This document shows, in pieces, positions 1 through 14,200 of a stretch of DNA of 64,000 bases. The stretch covers positions 295,182,001 through 295,246,000 of the forward strand of contig OZ024743.1 in NCBI GenBank assembly GCA_964016885.1, written 5' to 3'. The stretch's first letter is position 1; the number at the start of each line of letters is the position of its first letter. Source of the DNA: Eledone cirrhosa (Eukaryota). Below the pieces are notes generated by a model, which saw only the letters and a list, made by a program, of their open reading frames with translations, did not search any database and was not told the origin of the DNA. The translations under genes and the position numbers were made by a program.

Positions 1-865
1 CTCTATCATTTGTCTATTATTACTTCACAAGTACATTTTAAACGTATAGCCTCGTTTAAATGATTTTTTATGTGGTTGATTTATACTGATTGGGAGAGGA
101 AAAACTGTGTATATTTTATCTAATGATTCTGTGGACTTACATTTTTATATATAGCTCTGATTAATAATTATTTAATTAATTCTTCATTGAACCACACCGT
201 GAATGGTTGCCAAACTCATATAGGCATCTGTGACTATGTCTAATTATATATATATATACCCTTTGAATTTAATATATACTCCCGTAAGGTTGAGTAAAAC
301 GTTAGGCAGTATTCGGCTGCGCTTTCAGCAACCAGCCTACTCGCCGACAGGCACCAATCACAAACTTTCTGCCTTGACCACTGGCCACGTGATGGTTCTT
401 AGCCATTTTGAATTCATTTCTGGCGGGGATCATGGTACAAGAAACTTAGTCCAGTCTGGGGTATCTCCTGATGAGTTCCATGCCTCGTGGATTTATCCAA
501 GACCGGGTATATCTAAAAGGCGGAACGAAATCTCCGGGTGGTAGAGACTATGAGAATTCTGGTAAAATTCATGTGCATTTTTTCTTCAAAATTCTATTTG
601 TACCTAATTCCGTGTAGTTAACTATCAGTCTAGTCAATTTATACAGGTAAGAAGAAATAATTAGATAGGTGTTATATAGCTGTACACCGTGGAAAATAAT
701 CTGTAACATTTACATGATCTGTATCGTTTGTCTATTATTTCTTCATAAGTTCATTTTAAACTTATAGCCTCGTTTAAATGATTTTTTATGTGGTTGATTT
801 ATACTGATTGGGAGAGGAAATACTGTGTATATTTTATCTAATGATTCTTTGGACTTACATTTATA
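1..865 (+). repeat. Direct repeat (1-150 vs ~718-865) bracketing a hammerhead; probable partial-tandem PLE pseudo-LTR/tail, cut by the window edge
   Basis: tatagcctcgtttaaatgattttttatgtggttgatttatactgattgggagagg occurs at ~45 and ~763; hammerhead motif lies between. Confidence 0.65.
461..548 (+). ncRNA. Type I hammerhead ribozyme with long stem II
   Basis: tctc-CTGATGA(468-474)-gttcc..gcct..tggat..tatcc/gggta..atcta..aggc..ggaac-GAAA(527-530)-tc..gg-TA-gaga. Confidence 0.65.
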
Positions 866-910
866 TATACATATATATATATAATGTATAAAAATCAATA
901 CAATATAATT

Positions 911-982
911 ACCTCATTACCAGAGGTTTCCCGAATGAGGCGAATACGAAAGAAACGTCTTCATTCGTTCGTCAGACGAGGC
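911..982 (-). ncRNA. Type I hammerhead ribozyme (left arm copy)
   Basis: Reverse complement reads cctcgt-CTGACGA-a-cgaatga...tcattcg-g-GAAA-cc tct gg-TA-atgagg. Confidence 0.8.
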
Positions 983-1755
983 AATATAAAACATGGGTAA
1001 ATACTTGGAAAGTCTCGTCAAGAAAATCAAAAAAAGATATAGGCAAATGAATTAGAAATTGAAATATATAAAAATCTATCAAGAAATATAGTTAGGTGTG
1101 TGCATATGTATGTATATACGCTCACAGATGTGCATATATGTGTATGCACACATGTATACGTATAGTGAAAAAGTGTGCGTAAATATAAAATTTAGGGCAA
1201 ATGTATCCGTATGTCTGTAATCTACAGACGGAATAGATACATCATAAAAAATTAAATATGAAGGCGCGCGCATAAACACACCTACACACACGTACACTTA
1301 GATGCGGAAGTAAAAGAGGTAAGGGAGTGTAATAATTAAAGGGAAGTATCAATCTCGATATATTTATAAAAATGGAACAATAAAATAGAAAGAAAAAAGG
1401 TTTTAGAAAGAAAAAATTAAAGAAAAGAAGACAAAAAAGGGGTACATACATACACACACACGCATATCTCACAAAAGAAACGCAAAAATATACATGCTTA
1501 TATACACACGCACACTTACACATCCATACGTTCGATACGTACATACACACACACACAACACTCATACTTACACTCACGCATATTGACCTGTTTGCATGCA
1601 CACGCATAAAAATGAGTAAGTAGAAAAAAGGGGGGGAGAAGAAAAAAGGAACAAAACATAAAACCTAGATGTCAAAACACGGTTATAAAGACACATGCAC
1701 ATACGCATAATATATACATACACACACACACATACATACATATATAAACATACAC

Positions 1756-1813
<58 letters not shown>

Positions 1814-2612
1814 GCACGCGCGCGCACATACGTAGTCGCTCATGCACATATATAGAAAGTATACACACATTAAGGCGTTCAGCCATATTGATACAGGGTG
1901 TAAAAAACTTGTGGATAAGTAAGTACAAATATAAAATTGTATGATTGGCTGCGCAAAAATAAAAAAATAAATAAAAATAAAAATGAAAAATATATCTGGA
2001 TTGGAAAACACAAATGACAAGTTTAATCAGTTAGTGAAGGAAAAAGGGAAGTAAAAAAGGGGGGGGATTAAAAAATGGAAAGTGAATCGGAGAATAAAGG
2101 GGGGGGGTTATTTATGGATGTGAAGTAAAAATAAAAATAAAAATAAAAATAAAAATAAAAATAAATGAAATTAATGACAAGGATAAAAATGAAAGTAAGT
2201 CAGAAAGGGTAATTCAAAAGAGAATAATAAGAGTTTGTGGAGGATAAGTATCTGAAAGTGTGTTAATTTTACATGAGCTGGAAAGCAGGTGTGATCTCTT
2301 GTGTGGGCAACTGGTGAAAATTTCCGTCTTTGTGTTCAGGCAGGTCTTTGGTGATTTTAGATTTTGCAATATCCAGAGCGTGCATTATCTTGTTCCTCTA
2401 GCATATTTTTTAGATTGGTTCAAAATTGACCAATCTAATTTATATTGGATGCCTTGGTCTTTCAAATCCCAAATTCTGCTAGCCAGAGCTGTTGTAAATC
2501 TTTTTTCTGGATGTCGAACGGATGCAACATGTGAGTAATAACGCGTTTTGAATTTGTCGTGCGTCATACCCACATATCGTTCACTGGTGGCTGGATGGTT
2601 GTTGTCCATCAG

Positions 2613-3000
2613 CAACAACCATCCAGCCACCAGTGAAGGATATGTGGGTATGACGCAAGACAAATTCAAAACGCCTTATTACTCACATGTCGCATCCTTT
2701 CGACATCCAGAAAAAAGATTTACAACAGCTCTGGCTAGCAGAATTTGCGATTTGAAAGACCAAGGCATCCAATATAAATTAGATTGGTCAATTTTGAACC
2801 AATCTAAAAAATATGCTAGAGGAACAAGAAAATGCACGCTCTGCATAAATGAAAAATATTGGATATTGCAAAATCTAAAATCACCAAAGACCTGCCTGAA
2901 CACAAAGACGGAAATTTTCACCAGTTGCCCACACATGAAATCACACCTGCTTTCCAGCTCATATAAACTTAACACACTTTCAGATACTTATCCTCCATAA
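2613..3000 (+). pseudogene. C-terminal GIY-YIG endonuclease fragment of a PLE
   Basis: YVGMTQDKFKTPYYSHVASFRH...WSIL...CTLCINEKYWIL...LNTKTEIFTSCPH, homologous to the C-terminus of ORF 37317..38618. Confidence 0.85.
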
Positions 3001-3070
3001 ACTCTTATTATTCTCTTTTTAATTACCCTTTCTGACTTACTTTCATTTTTATCCTTGTCATTAATTTCAT

Positions 3071-3300
3071 TTATTTTTATTTTTATTTTTATTTTTATTT
3101 TTATTTTTATTTTTATTTTTATTTTTATTTTTATTTTTATTTTTATTTTTATTTTTATTTTTATTTTTATTTTTATTTTTATTTTTATTTTTATTTTTAT
3201 TTTTATTTTTATTTTTATTTTTATTTTTATTTTTATTTTTATTTTTATTTTTATTTTTATTTTTATTTTTATTTTTATTTTTATTTTTATTTTTATTTTT
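3071..3300 (+). repeat. (TTTTTA)n hexamer microsatellite
   Basis: About 230 bp pure array; the mirror position in the left arm (~2126-2163) has only about 6 units. Confidence 0.95.
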
Positions 3301-3615
3301 ACTTCACATCCATAAATAACCCCCCCCCCTTATTCTTCGATTCACTTTCCATTTTTTAATTCCCCCCCCCCTTTTTTACTTCCCTTTTTCCTTCACTAAC
3401 TGATTAAACTTGTCATTTGTGTTTTCCATCCAGATATATTTTTCATTTTTATTTTTATTTATTTTTTTATTTTTGCGCAGCCAATCTTACAATTTTATAT
3501 TTGTACTTACTTATCCACAAGTTTTTTACACCCTGTATCAATATGGCTGAACGCCTTAATGTGTGTATACTTTCTATATATGTGCATGAGCGACTACGTA
3601 TGTGCGCGCGCGTGC

Positions 3616-3655
<40 letters not shown>

Positions 3656-4421
3656 ATGTATATATATGTATGTATGTGTGTGTGTGTATGTATATATTAT
3701 GCGTATGTGCATGTGTCTTTATATCCGTGTTTTGACATCTAGGTTTTATGTTTTGTTCCTTTTTTCTTCCCCCCCCCCCTTTTTTTCTACTTACTCATTT
3801 TTATGCGTGTGCATGCAAACAGGTCAATATGCGTGAGTGTAAGTATGAGTGTTGTGTGTGTGTGTATGTACGTATCGAACGTATGGATGTGTAAGTGTGC
3901 GTGTGTATATAAGCATGTATATTTTTGCGTTTCTTTTGTGAGATATGCGTGTGTGTGTATGTATGTACCCCTTTTTTGTCTTATTTTCTTTAATATTTTC
4001 TTTCTAAAAACTTTTTTCTTTCTATTTTATTGTTCCATTTTTATAAATATATCGAGATTGATACTTCCCTTTAATTATTACACTCCCTTACCTCTTTTAC
4101 TTCCGCATCTAAGTGTACGTGTGTGTAGGTGGGTTTATGCGCGCGCCTTCATATTTAATTTTTTATGATGTATCTATTCCGTCTGTAGATTACAGACATA
4201 CGGATACATTTGCCCTAAATTTTATATTTACGCACACTTTTTCACTATAAGTATACATGTGTGCATACACATATATGCACATCTGTGAGCGTATATACAT
4301 ACATATACACACACCTAACTATATTTCTTGATAGATTTTTATATATTTCAATTTCTAATTCATTTGTCTATATATTTTTTTGATTTTCTTGACGAGACTT
4401 TCCAAGTATTTACCCATGTTT

Positions 4422-4506
4422 TATATTGCCTCGTCTGACGAACGAAGGAAGACGTTTCTTTCGTATTCGCCTCATTCGGGAAACCTCTGGTAATGAGGTA
4501 ATTATA
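4422..4506 (+). ncRNA. Type I hammerhead ribozyme (right arm copy)
   Basis: tatattgcctcgt-CTGACGA-acgaa...ttcgg-GAAA-cc tct gg-TA-atgaggtaattata. Confidence 0.8.
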
Positions 4507-4599
4507 TTGTATTGATTTTTATACATTAAATTTTTCTGTGATACTTACATAGAGCACTCTTCACTTCTATGACCTTTTCTGTTTCCAACGGAAATTTCA

Positions 4600-4678
<79 letters not shown>

Positions 4679-4694
4679 TATATATATATATATA

Positions 4695-5330
4695 CATGTA
4701 TATATATAAAATTGTATTCCTGTCTGTTTGTTTGTTCACGAACTACTCCTATGGTTTGGGAGATAAACTCCCATAACCATATATATTCTGAAACTACATT
4801 GCCCAGCGTACTTCGATAAGTATATTTCATTTTAATCAAAGGGTTCCCCGGGGGCACAAAGCCCGCTGAAAATCCTTTCCCTTCGATTTATATGAAATTT
4901 AATCCATAGGTAAAGGACAGGATATGATGCATATTCACAAAATATCAGCAAATTTCAATAATATTAAGATACCTTAATGGCGGTTAAACCCCCTATTAGA
5001 GTTCCCCGCTGAAACTGTTTTGCCTTCGATTTATATGAAATTTAAACCAGAGGAAAATGAAAAGATATGATGCCTATTCACAAAAGTTTTGAATTGATAT
5101 TTTGAAAAATATTATTTACAAGAAACAAAATGAGAATAAGATTTAATAATGTCATTTTGATTTGATATATTACGAAATATAATGTTTTCTAATTTTTCAT
5201 GCATTACATTTTAAATTGAGTAGTATTGAAGAGTTTTTCTCCATAAATTATATTACTGATTTTAAATCAATCATCACTTTCTTATGGAAAATATGTGTGA
5301 AACGCAGCAAGGCGCGGGTGGTTCGGCTAG
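4695..5330 (+). mobile_element. Probable non-autonomous Helitron-like element
   Basis: 5' tatatataaaa...ctgtctgtttgtttgt start; internal ~145-bp tandem duplication (4863-4960 vs 5006-5085); 3' GC-rich subterminal motif then CTAG|T at 5327-5331. Confidence 0.5.
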
Positions 5331-5379
5331 TATATATATATATATATATAAAAGAATAGTGGTGTAACACACGAGTTAT

Positions 5380-5911
5380 GATATATTGGTAAACGGAAAA
5401 GAAAATGCTGACAAATTGTTCACAGTGAAAAATAGTTTAATTAGGAATAAGTGAAAATGAGTAATAGTATTGGTTAGTATTCAGTCTTGGTTTTAAGTTT
5501 TACCGGTTGGCCATTTCTAATGCTTTTCAAAAATAATTTTGAGATAGAGGGCACATGATATTTGCTCTAATCTGATTAGTTTTGGAAATTCTACCTGTTT
5601 TATGTGAAAAAAGTGGCTCCAGATGTATTAAAATAAGTTTCGCGCCAATTCGTGTTGCAAAAATTCTTGTGGTCAAAACAATTTTGATTGGTCTGTAGAG
5701 GTCATGTGAATGTTAAAAATTGATTTTGCGCCAAATGTAGGTTTGTGTCGGCTGATTGAGAAGTCACTGAAAAATAAGTCTTTCAAAACAAATATGTGTG
5801 TGTGTGTGTGTATGTGTGTAGTAGTAGTAAAGAGGTTCGTTGTTGTGATAATGGTCAGCAGGGATGTGTGTGCGAACCGCAGCCTGTTGACAGTTCAAAT
5901 GCCTATTAAGA

Positions 5912-5955
<44 letters not shown>

Positions 5956-8900
5956 TGTGTAGCAGAGTAATTCGTGGTAGAGGGATGGTCAGTAGGAATG
6001 TGTCTGTAAGTGTGGGATATTTTAACATCTTAAAAGATATTTTTCAGCTCTTGTCTTATACGGAGAAGTGTGTGTATGTGTGTGTGTGTGTGTGTGTGTG
6101 TTTGTGTGTGTGTGTATGTGTGTGTGTATATGTCTCTTTGCATGTTAATGTACGCGTGTGTGTGTATATATGTGTGTTTGTGTGTATATATATGTGTGTG
6201 TGTGTGAGAGAGAGAATGTGTGTGTGTGTGGGGGGGGGGGCAGTATTTTTGTGATACATGTAAAATGGTGTACATTATTCGATATTTTCGATAATCCATT
6301 AGGCCTTGTCGTATTCAAATACTTGTGTACAAATATGTATGTGCCCATCAGTGTGCAATGCATGTGTGCGTTTATGTATGTGTGTGTGTCGGCACGTTTA
6401 TATCTATAGACATCAAAAGGTATGCAAATTTGTGTATATTTGTGTTGCACCATAGAACATGTGTGTTTACGTATGTCATTGTGTTTATATGTGGATAGAG
6501 ATGTATGCTGATGTAGGTATGTATGTTGACGTGTGTATGTTGTGGGTTCGTCTTAGGGAGAAGTGTTTAGACGGGGTCCGTATTTGTTAATAAAGTGAGA
6601 TTCCTTGCTGATGCGCTGGGTGTGGGTGGCATTATCTTTAAATTTGTAGAGAGGAAAGATTCTGAAGTTGGGATGATTGGGGCGCCACATGTATCAATGT
6701 TTTCACTCACTGGTATTTTACTGTATTCCCGTATTTTAATTTGGGATCTATGGACAGTAATGCGTTGGCAGAGGCTGTTTTTGGTCTGGCCTATGTATTG
6801 TTCTCGACAACCTGAGCAAGTGAATACATATATTAGATTTTCTGATGCGCATGTGAAATTGTGTTTTACTATAAAACGTTGTCCTTCTTTGAAATAGAAT
6901 TCCGAACCCTCTATTAGGTTCATGCATATGCCACAGTTGGGTCTATCGCATTTTTTTACTGTGGGTTTCATTGTTGTGGTTGGCAGTACTTTGGCATGTG
7001 TTAGGATGTTTTTCATTGACTTAGATTGTCTTTTGCTCTTTATGATATCGTGTGTTCGTAGGATTTGGTTCATTCTATGGTCCTTTTACAACACAGGGAT
7101 CTTCTGGAGGATGGTGTCAAAGGCCTCATTGTTGAGGGGGTTGTGTGTGGAGATGTATGGAAGAGCTTTTAGTTTCGGTTGATATACTTTAGGATGCCTA
7201 AGGTCCTGGGTACTGAGTTTTAGGGCACGTTGGATTCCATTGTCAATTAGTGATGCAGGGTAGTCCCTGTCTATGAGTGTGTCCTTTAGTTCTTGTAGCC
7301 GTAAGTAGCAGGTGTTTTTATTGAAGACTATAGTACAGATTCTCTTGGCTACGTTGTAGGGAATATTAATTTTAACGTGTCTAGGGTGGCAAGAGTTGAA
7401 AGGAAGATATTGCTTGGAGTCTGTGGGCTTGTAGTACATGTCTGTTTCTATTTGTTTGTTATGGATCTTAATGAGGATGTCGAGGAAGGGGAGTTGTTGA
7501 TGGCTGTATTCCATCGTGAAGTTAATATTCGTGTTTAGCTCATTTATAAGGGTGTGAAATTCTTTAAGTTTCTCGATGTTTTCGTGCCAAAGGATGTAGC
7601 CGTCATCTAGATATCGCTTCCAGTTCCTTTCTATGTGTAAGTGGAAAGTGTTTCCAAATTTGTTTAGGACTTTAGTGTAGAGGGTGATTTCCAGGTATCC
7701 CATGACTAGGTTGGCATATGTGGGAGCTGTTTTCGTTCCCATAGCGGTCCCAGATTTCTGACTGTAGGGTTTGTTATTGAAAACGAAGTAATTGTTCTCC
7801 AAGATAAATTTGAGTTCGTCTATCAAGAATTCTTTTTTGATGCGTTGTGGGAGTTCATTGTGGTAATTATCCAGCCAGAATTGGATAGCTTCTATTCCTA
7901 GGTTGTGGGGGATGTTGGAGTATAGGTTGACTACATCCAGCGTCACTAGTAGGGTTTGTTCAGAAAGGGGCATATTAAGGAGGTGATTGAGCATATCTAG
8001 ATCGTCCCTTATATAGCTTTTGATGTGTTTGAGAAAAGGCTTGAGAAGGGTATAAATGAAGTTGCTAAGGCGGTGCGTTTCGCAGGCGGGGCCTGCTATT
8101 ATAGGTCTTAATTTGAGATCATTGGGTGAGGGAACATTGATGACTATGTCTGTAGCTTCCTTGCATGCCTTACTTATTGATTCGCTTTTATGTACTTTAG
8201 GGATACCGTAGAAAAGGCTGGATTTACTTGTGAAGTCTGTGATGAAGCTGAATTCCTTGTTAGTGAGTCCTTCTTTGTATTGGTTTCTCATAATTTTCTG
8301 TTGATTGTAGTGTTCAGCCTTTTCGTAGTATGTTTCGTTTTCCAAAGTGGAGAGCGATAAGTTGATATAGAATTCTGTCTCCATTAGGACTACTGTACTC
8401 CCTTTATGAGCCTCTTTAATTGTAATGGTTCTGTCGGTTTTTGATCTATTTAATTCTCCCCATTCTTTCTTGTTGAGGTTTGGCTTGTGTTTTTGTCTGT
8501 GCAAGTGTTGGTAAGGGAAGTTTGCGATTTTTCACAGAATTCGTCCAGGATTTTATTTCTACCTTTTGATGGGGTGTGATTGCTTCTATTTCTGGCTAAT
8601 GATTCATCCTCATTGTACTGGTCGAATAGTTCTTCACTGAGTCGTGACTTTCTACAGAAGTCTGTGATGTCTTCCTTCATTTCATAGTAGTTAGGACGTA
8701 GTGGGTCGGTGTGAATTTAAGACCTTTGGAGAGTAAGTTGATATGGTTGGGTGTTGGTTCTGCACTAGTTAGATTGATAATTTTTATTACTCTCGTTTTC
8801 TCCTCCCTGTCTTGTGTTATTTTGTTTTCCTGTATCTCTGTGGTGTGTCTAAAAAATGGTTGGGGTAGAGGGGTTGTCTGCTGATGTTAAGTGGTCCATA

Positions 8901-9756
8901 AATCCCAAATTAAAATACGGGAATACAGGAAAATACCACTGAGTGAACACATTGATACCTGTGCCGCCCAAAATCATCCCAACTTCAGAATCTTTCCCCT
9001 CTACAAATTTAAAGATAATATCACCCACACCCAGCGCACCAGCAAGGAATCTCACTTTATTAACAAATACGGACCCCGTCTAAACACTTCTCCCTAAGAC
9101 GTACCCACAACATACACACGTCAACATACATACCTACATCAGCATACATCTCTATCCACATATAAACACAATGGCATACGTAAACACACATGTTCTATGG
9201 TGCAACACAAATATACACAAATTTGCATAACGTTTGATGTTTATAGATATAAACGTGCCAACACACACACATACATAAACACACACATGCATTGCACACT
9301 GATGGGCACATACATATTTGTACACAAGTATTCGAATACGGCAAGGCCTAATGGATTCCTCTTGCAGTACGTACAATCTGGACACTCACACATACCTTGG
9401 TATTATGCCAATATTATATATCATTTCACACCTTTTATTATTAAGGTTTTTGATGTTCTATTGAGAGAATCGTTTTTACTGAAAATATCGAATAACGTAC
9501 ACTATTTTACCAGTATCACAAAAATACTGGTCCACCCACACATATTCTCACACACACACAAACATATATACACACACACATACACACGCGTACATTAACA
9601 TACAAAGAGACATATACACCCACACACATACACACACACACACACACTTCTCCGTATAAGACAAGAGCTGAAAAATATCTTTTAACATGTTAAAATATCC
9701 CCCACACACTTACAAACACATTCCAACTGACCATCCCTCTGCCACGAATTACTCTG

Positions 9757-9831
<75 letters not shown>

Positions 9832-10375
9832 CACACAGACACACACACACACACACACTTGTCTTAGACATTTGAACTGTCAACAGGCTGCGGTTCACAC
9901 ACATCCCTGCTGACCATTATCACAACAACGAACCTCTTTACTACTACTACTACACACACACACATATTTGTTTTGAAAGACTTATTTTTAGTGACTTATC
10001 AGTCAGCCGACACAAACCTACATTTGGCGCAAAATCAATTTTTAACATTCACATGACCTCTACCGACCAATCAAAATTGTTTTGACCACAAGAATTTTTG
10101 CAACACGAATTGGCGCGAAACTTATTTTAATACATCTGGAGTCACTTTTTTCACATAAAACAGGTAGAATTTCCCAAACTAATCAGATTAGAGCAAACAT
10201 CACGGGCGCTCTATCTCAAAATTATTTTTGAAAAGCATTAGAAATGCGCAACCGGTAAAACTTAAAACCAAAACTGAATACTAACCAATACTATTACTAA
10301 TTTTCACTTATTCCTAATTAAACTATTTTTCACTGTGAACAATTTGTCAGCATTTTCTTTTCCGTTTACCAATAT
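5380..10375 (-). mobile_element. Penelope-like element (Neptune-like, tentative), minus strand, with ~1.5-kb inverted pseudo-LTR (8894-10375, plus strand)
   Basis: RT ORF 7086..8504-, GIY-YIG ORF 6567..7073-, N-terminal piece 8450..8680-; 8894-10375 is the reverse complement of ~5380-6755. Confidence 0.9.
6567..8800 (-). pseudogene. Frameshifted PLE RT-GIY-YIG polyprotein
   Basis: FYGIPKVHK, LRPII, LDVVNLYSNIPH, GTAMGTKTAPTYANL, RYLDD, PFLD, YYKPTD; CDRPNCGIC linker; NLIYVFTCSGCREQYIGQT; split across 3 or more frames. Confidence 0.9.
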
Positions 10376-10599
10376 ATATATATAATTTTTCAATCATATC
10401 TCATTTTGTTTCACCCGTTTCAGCTTGTTCACCTTTTTGGCTATGGTGGTTAATGGCTTCTTAACCATCGTCTCAGCGTGTATGACCTTTTAACTTATGT
10501 TTATAGTTCTGGTATCTTCTTCAGATCCATGGAGCGCTTGTCAGCACAATATGGAAGTTGCGCTTCGCTAATTTCTACCCGCCGATTCTCGCTAAATTA

Positions 10600-10766
<167 letters not shown>

Positions 10767-11285
10767 AAGTGAGTAGCGTGTGTATGTATGTATGAGTGTT
10801 GCTGTGTGCGCGCGTATGTATGCGTATGTGTGCGCGCATATGTATGCGCGTGTGTGTATGTCGTACGTATAAGTGTCAATAAGTGAGTTTTTTTCTGGTT
10901 TTTTTTATGCGCGCGGGGACATAGAAATAATCGGGCTGGATGCCCGATCGCGCAGTTAAACCACTGTGAGTGAAGAACACCTAGCCCTTGTCAGGGCATC
11001 CTTCTAGGAGAAGTCATCTCAGGAAACTTGGTTTACTCCGACATAAAACCCGCGGCTCAGTAGTTACCGATGATGATGATCTTTTCTTCTTTTCGGGTTA
11101 TAGCTACTGTCGCTCAAAGCGTGGGATTGGCTCAGTGCACAGTCTTTCCTCACTTTAAAAATACTTGTCACGCACAGGCATTGCACGAGTGCACTAATAA
11201 TTATTAATAGTGTACTATTATCATTATTATTATTATTATTACTATTATTATTACTTTTTTTTATTTTTTTTTATTTTCCAATTCA

Positions 11286-14200
11286 ATGATGTTCCAGAAC
11301 AATATAAAAGAGATAATTGGCAATTTAGGTTCTGGAACAAAAAAGATAATTGGCAATAAGGGCAGGGGCCCCAGGTTATCACAGCCTGGGCCCGCTCGTC
11401 ATCGTGCCATTGTAATAGAGCCAAACAAGGCATTTAATCTTGGCTGCTGGACCGTACGGACGCTGCTTGACAGGGATTCATTGGAGCTTCCTGAACGAAG
11501 GACCGCTCTTGTTGCAAAGGAGCTTCAACTTTACGATCTTGACATCGTGGTTTTATCTGAGACGAGGTTAGCTGGAGATGGTCATCTTACAGAATTTTGT
11601 GGAGAATATACATTCTTCTGGAAAGGAAGAGATGAAGGAACCAGAAAAGAGGCTGGGGTAGGATTTGCTGTTAAGACTGTACTTGTGAATAAATTAGAAG
11701 AATTCCCAGTAGGGATTAGTGAGCGTCTTATGTCCATGAGAGTTCCGCTGGACAAGGGAAGATATGCTACCCTGGTGAGTGTGTATGCTCCAACTATGAA
11801 TTCTGTCGATGAAGAAAAAGTGTCCTTTTACCATGCCTTGAAAGGTGTTTTAAGAAATATCCCTCAGGCAGACAAAGTCATCGTGCTTGGTGACTTTAAT
11901 GCTAGAGGAGTGGGTAGGGATTTTAACACATGGAATGTAATCGGAAGGCATGGGATGGGAAAGTGTAACAACAATGGTATGCTCCTGCTGCAGATGTGTG
12001 AGGAGCTGGATCTGTGTGTTACCAACACCATGTTCCAGCAAAAGAACAAATTCAAGACCACATGGATGCATCCTGCATCTAAGCAATGGCATCTTTTGGA
12101 CTACGTCCTAGTCAGGATGCGTGACAGACAGGATGTGCAGTGTGTTCGTGCTCTTCGTGGAGCTGAGTGCTGGACGGACCACCGCCTGGTACGCGCAAAA
12201 GTGAAAGTAATCACTAAACGTAAAATCCGGGCTCCTGGTGTTGCCCTGCCCAAAATATTGAATGCTGCTCGTGTTAAGGATAAAAATGTGAAGAGGACAT
12301 TGGAAGAAAAGATGCAGGCTGCAGATCTTGGTGAGGATTGGCCGACCCTTAAAAAGCCGGTTTATGATGTAGGCAGGCGTGTTCTGGGATTGGTGCAGAG
12401 AAAACATCAGGACTGGTTTAATGAGAATGATGTACATATAGAAGACTTGTTGGCTGATAAGAGGCGTGCTCTGTCACGCTACTTGACGGCAAAACCACAG
12501 GAGAAGAATACGTTGCATGAGGAACTCAGGGATGTAAAATCACGTGTTAGGCGGAGTCTTTCTCAGATGAGGGATCAGTGGCGGAGTGAGAAGGCTGGTG
12601 AGATACAAACTGCGTCTGATTCCAATAACACAAAGCGGTTGTACAGTCTCTTGCGTGAGGTTCATGGACCGTCTTCTTCTCTGGTGACACCGCTTCGCAG
12701 CAAGGATGGCAAAGAACTTCTTCGTGACTCACAAGGAATTCTACGAAGGTGGCGAGAGCACTTTGATGATCTTTTGAATCAGCCGTCTGTCTTCAGTGAA
12801 GATTTCCTCAATCTCATTCCAGAAAGTCCTGTGAAAGTAGCTCTCGCAGAACCTCCGACGCTTGTGGAGGTTGCAGTGGCTATTTCGAAGCTGAACAGTG
12901 GAAGATCTCCAGGTATGGATGGCATACATGCTGAGCTCCTACAATATGGTGGTGAGAGACTCCTGCACCATCTTCACTCTTTGTTTGGCAGGATATGGGC
13001 TAATGAGTCCGTACCTGAGGACTGGAGAGATGCAGTAATGGTGGTCTTGTACAAGGGAAAGGAAAACAGGAATGATTGTGGGAACTACAGAGGTATATCA
13101 TTGCTTTCTGTCGTATGGAAAGTTTTATGTAGGGTGCTTCTGGACCGTCTGCTGACACACATTGCATATTGTGTTCTTCCTAAAAGTCAATTTGGTTTTC
13201 GTGCTGGACGCGGCACTACTGATATGATCTTCTCGGCTAGACAGCTCCAGGAGAAGTGCATGGAACAAGGCTTGCATCTGTATCAGGTTTTTATCGATCT
13301 GACAAAAGCTTTCGATACTGTTAACAGAGATACATTATGGAAGGTTCTCCAGAAACTTGGTTGCCCTGATAAGTTCCTTGCTTTAGTTACGTCTTTCCAT
13401 GACGACATGAAGGCTTGGGTTAATGTCGGAGGTAACATGTCGGAGCCTATCTCAGTAAAAAATGGAGTGAAACAGGGGGTTATTCCAGCACCGATCCTGT
13501 TTGCCATATATTTTGCAATGTTTTTCTGTATTGCATTCAGGAATTGCGAGCATGGTGTTTACATCCGATATCGAACCTCAGGCAGCATATTTAACATCAG
13601 GCGCTTTGCTGCGAAGACAAAAGTATTTACATCAATCATAAGAGACTTCTTGTATGCAGATGATTGCGATCTTGTAGCGCACACAGAGAGTGATATGCAG
13701 CACATTTTGAATGCATTTTCTGACGCTTGCACTGCTCTAGGATTGACTGTCAGTCTCAAGAAAACCGTCGTCATGTACCATCCTGCCCCTAGTAAGCAGT
13801 ACACTGAACCAAACATCTATGTGTATGGCAAACGACTTGGAGTGGTTGATCAGTTTGATTACTTGGGAAGCACTGTCAATCGATACAGCAACCTTGACAG
13901 TGAAATCTCACTTAAGATTAGGAAAGCAAGTGATGCTTTGGGAAAGCTAGAAAGGCGACTCTGGGGTCGGCGAGACATATGCAGGAGGACAAAGCTAAAA
14001 GTGTACAGGGCATGTGTGCTCTCTTGTCTTCTTTATGCCTGCGAGACCTGGGTCACATATCGACACCACCTTAAGCAATTGGAGCGTTTCCATCAGGTGT
14101 GTCTCAGACGGATCCATGGCGTTCACTGGAAGAACCACATCAGTGATGTCGAGATTTTGGAAAGCTCTATGTGTGACAGTATAGAAGCTCTTGTGCTTAA

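Larger units (their letters stand above)
882..4593. mobile_element. 5'-truncated Penelope-like element as a near-perfect fold-back: left arm 882-2604 (minus), 8-nt spacer, right arm 2613-4528 plus tail to ~4593
   Basis: Arms are reverse complements (mirrored ORFs 1242..1607-/3803..4168+ and 2385..2669-/2548..3000+); GIY-YIG C-terminal fragment; hammerhead near each outer end; flanked by (TA)n. Confidence 0.9.

Noticed and set aside
10400-10530. Minus-strand CTGAAGA...GAAA as a hammerhead
   Set aside because: Could not form stems I-III convincingly.
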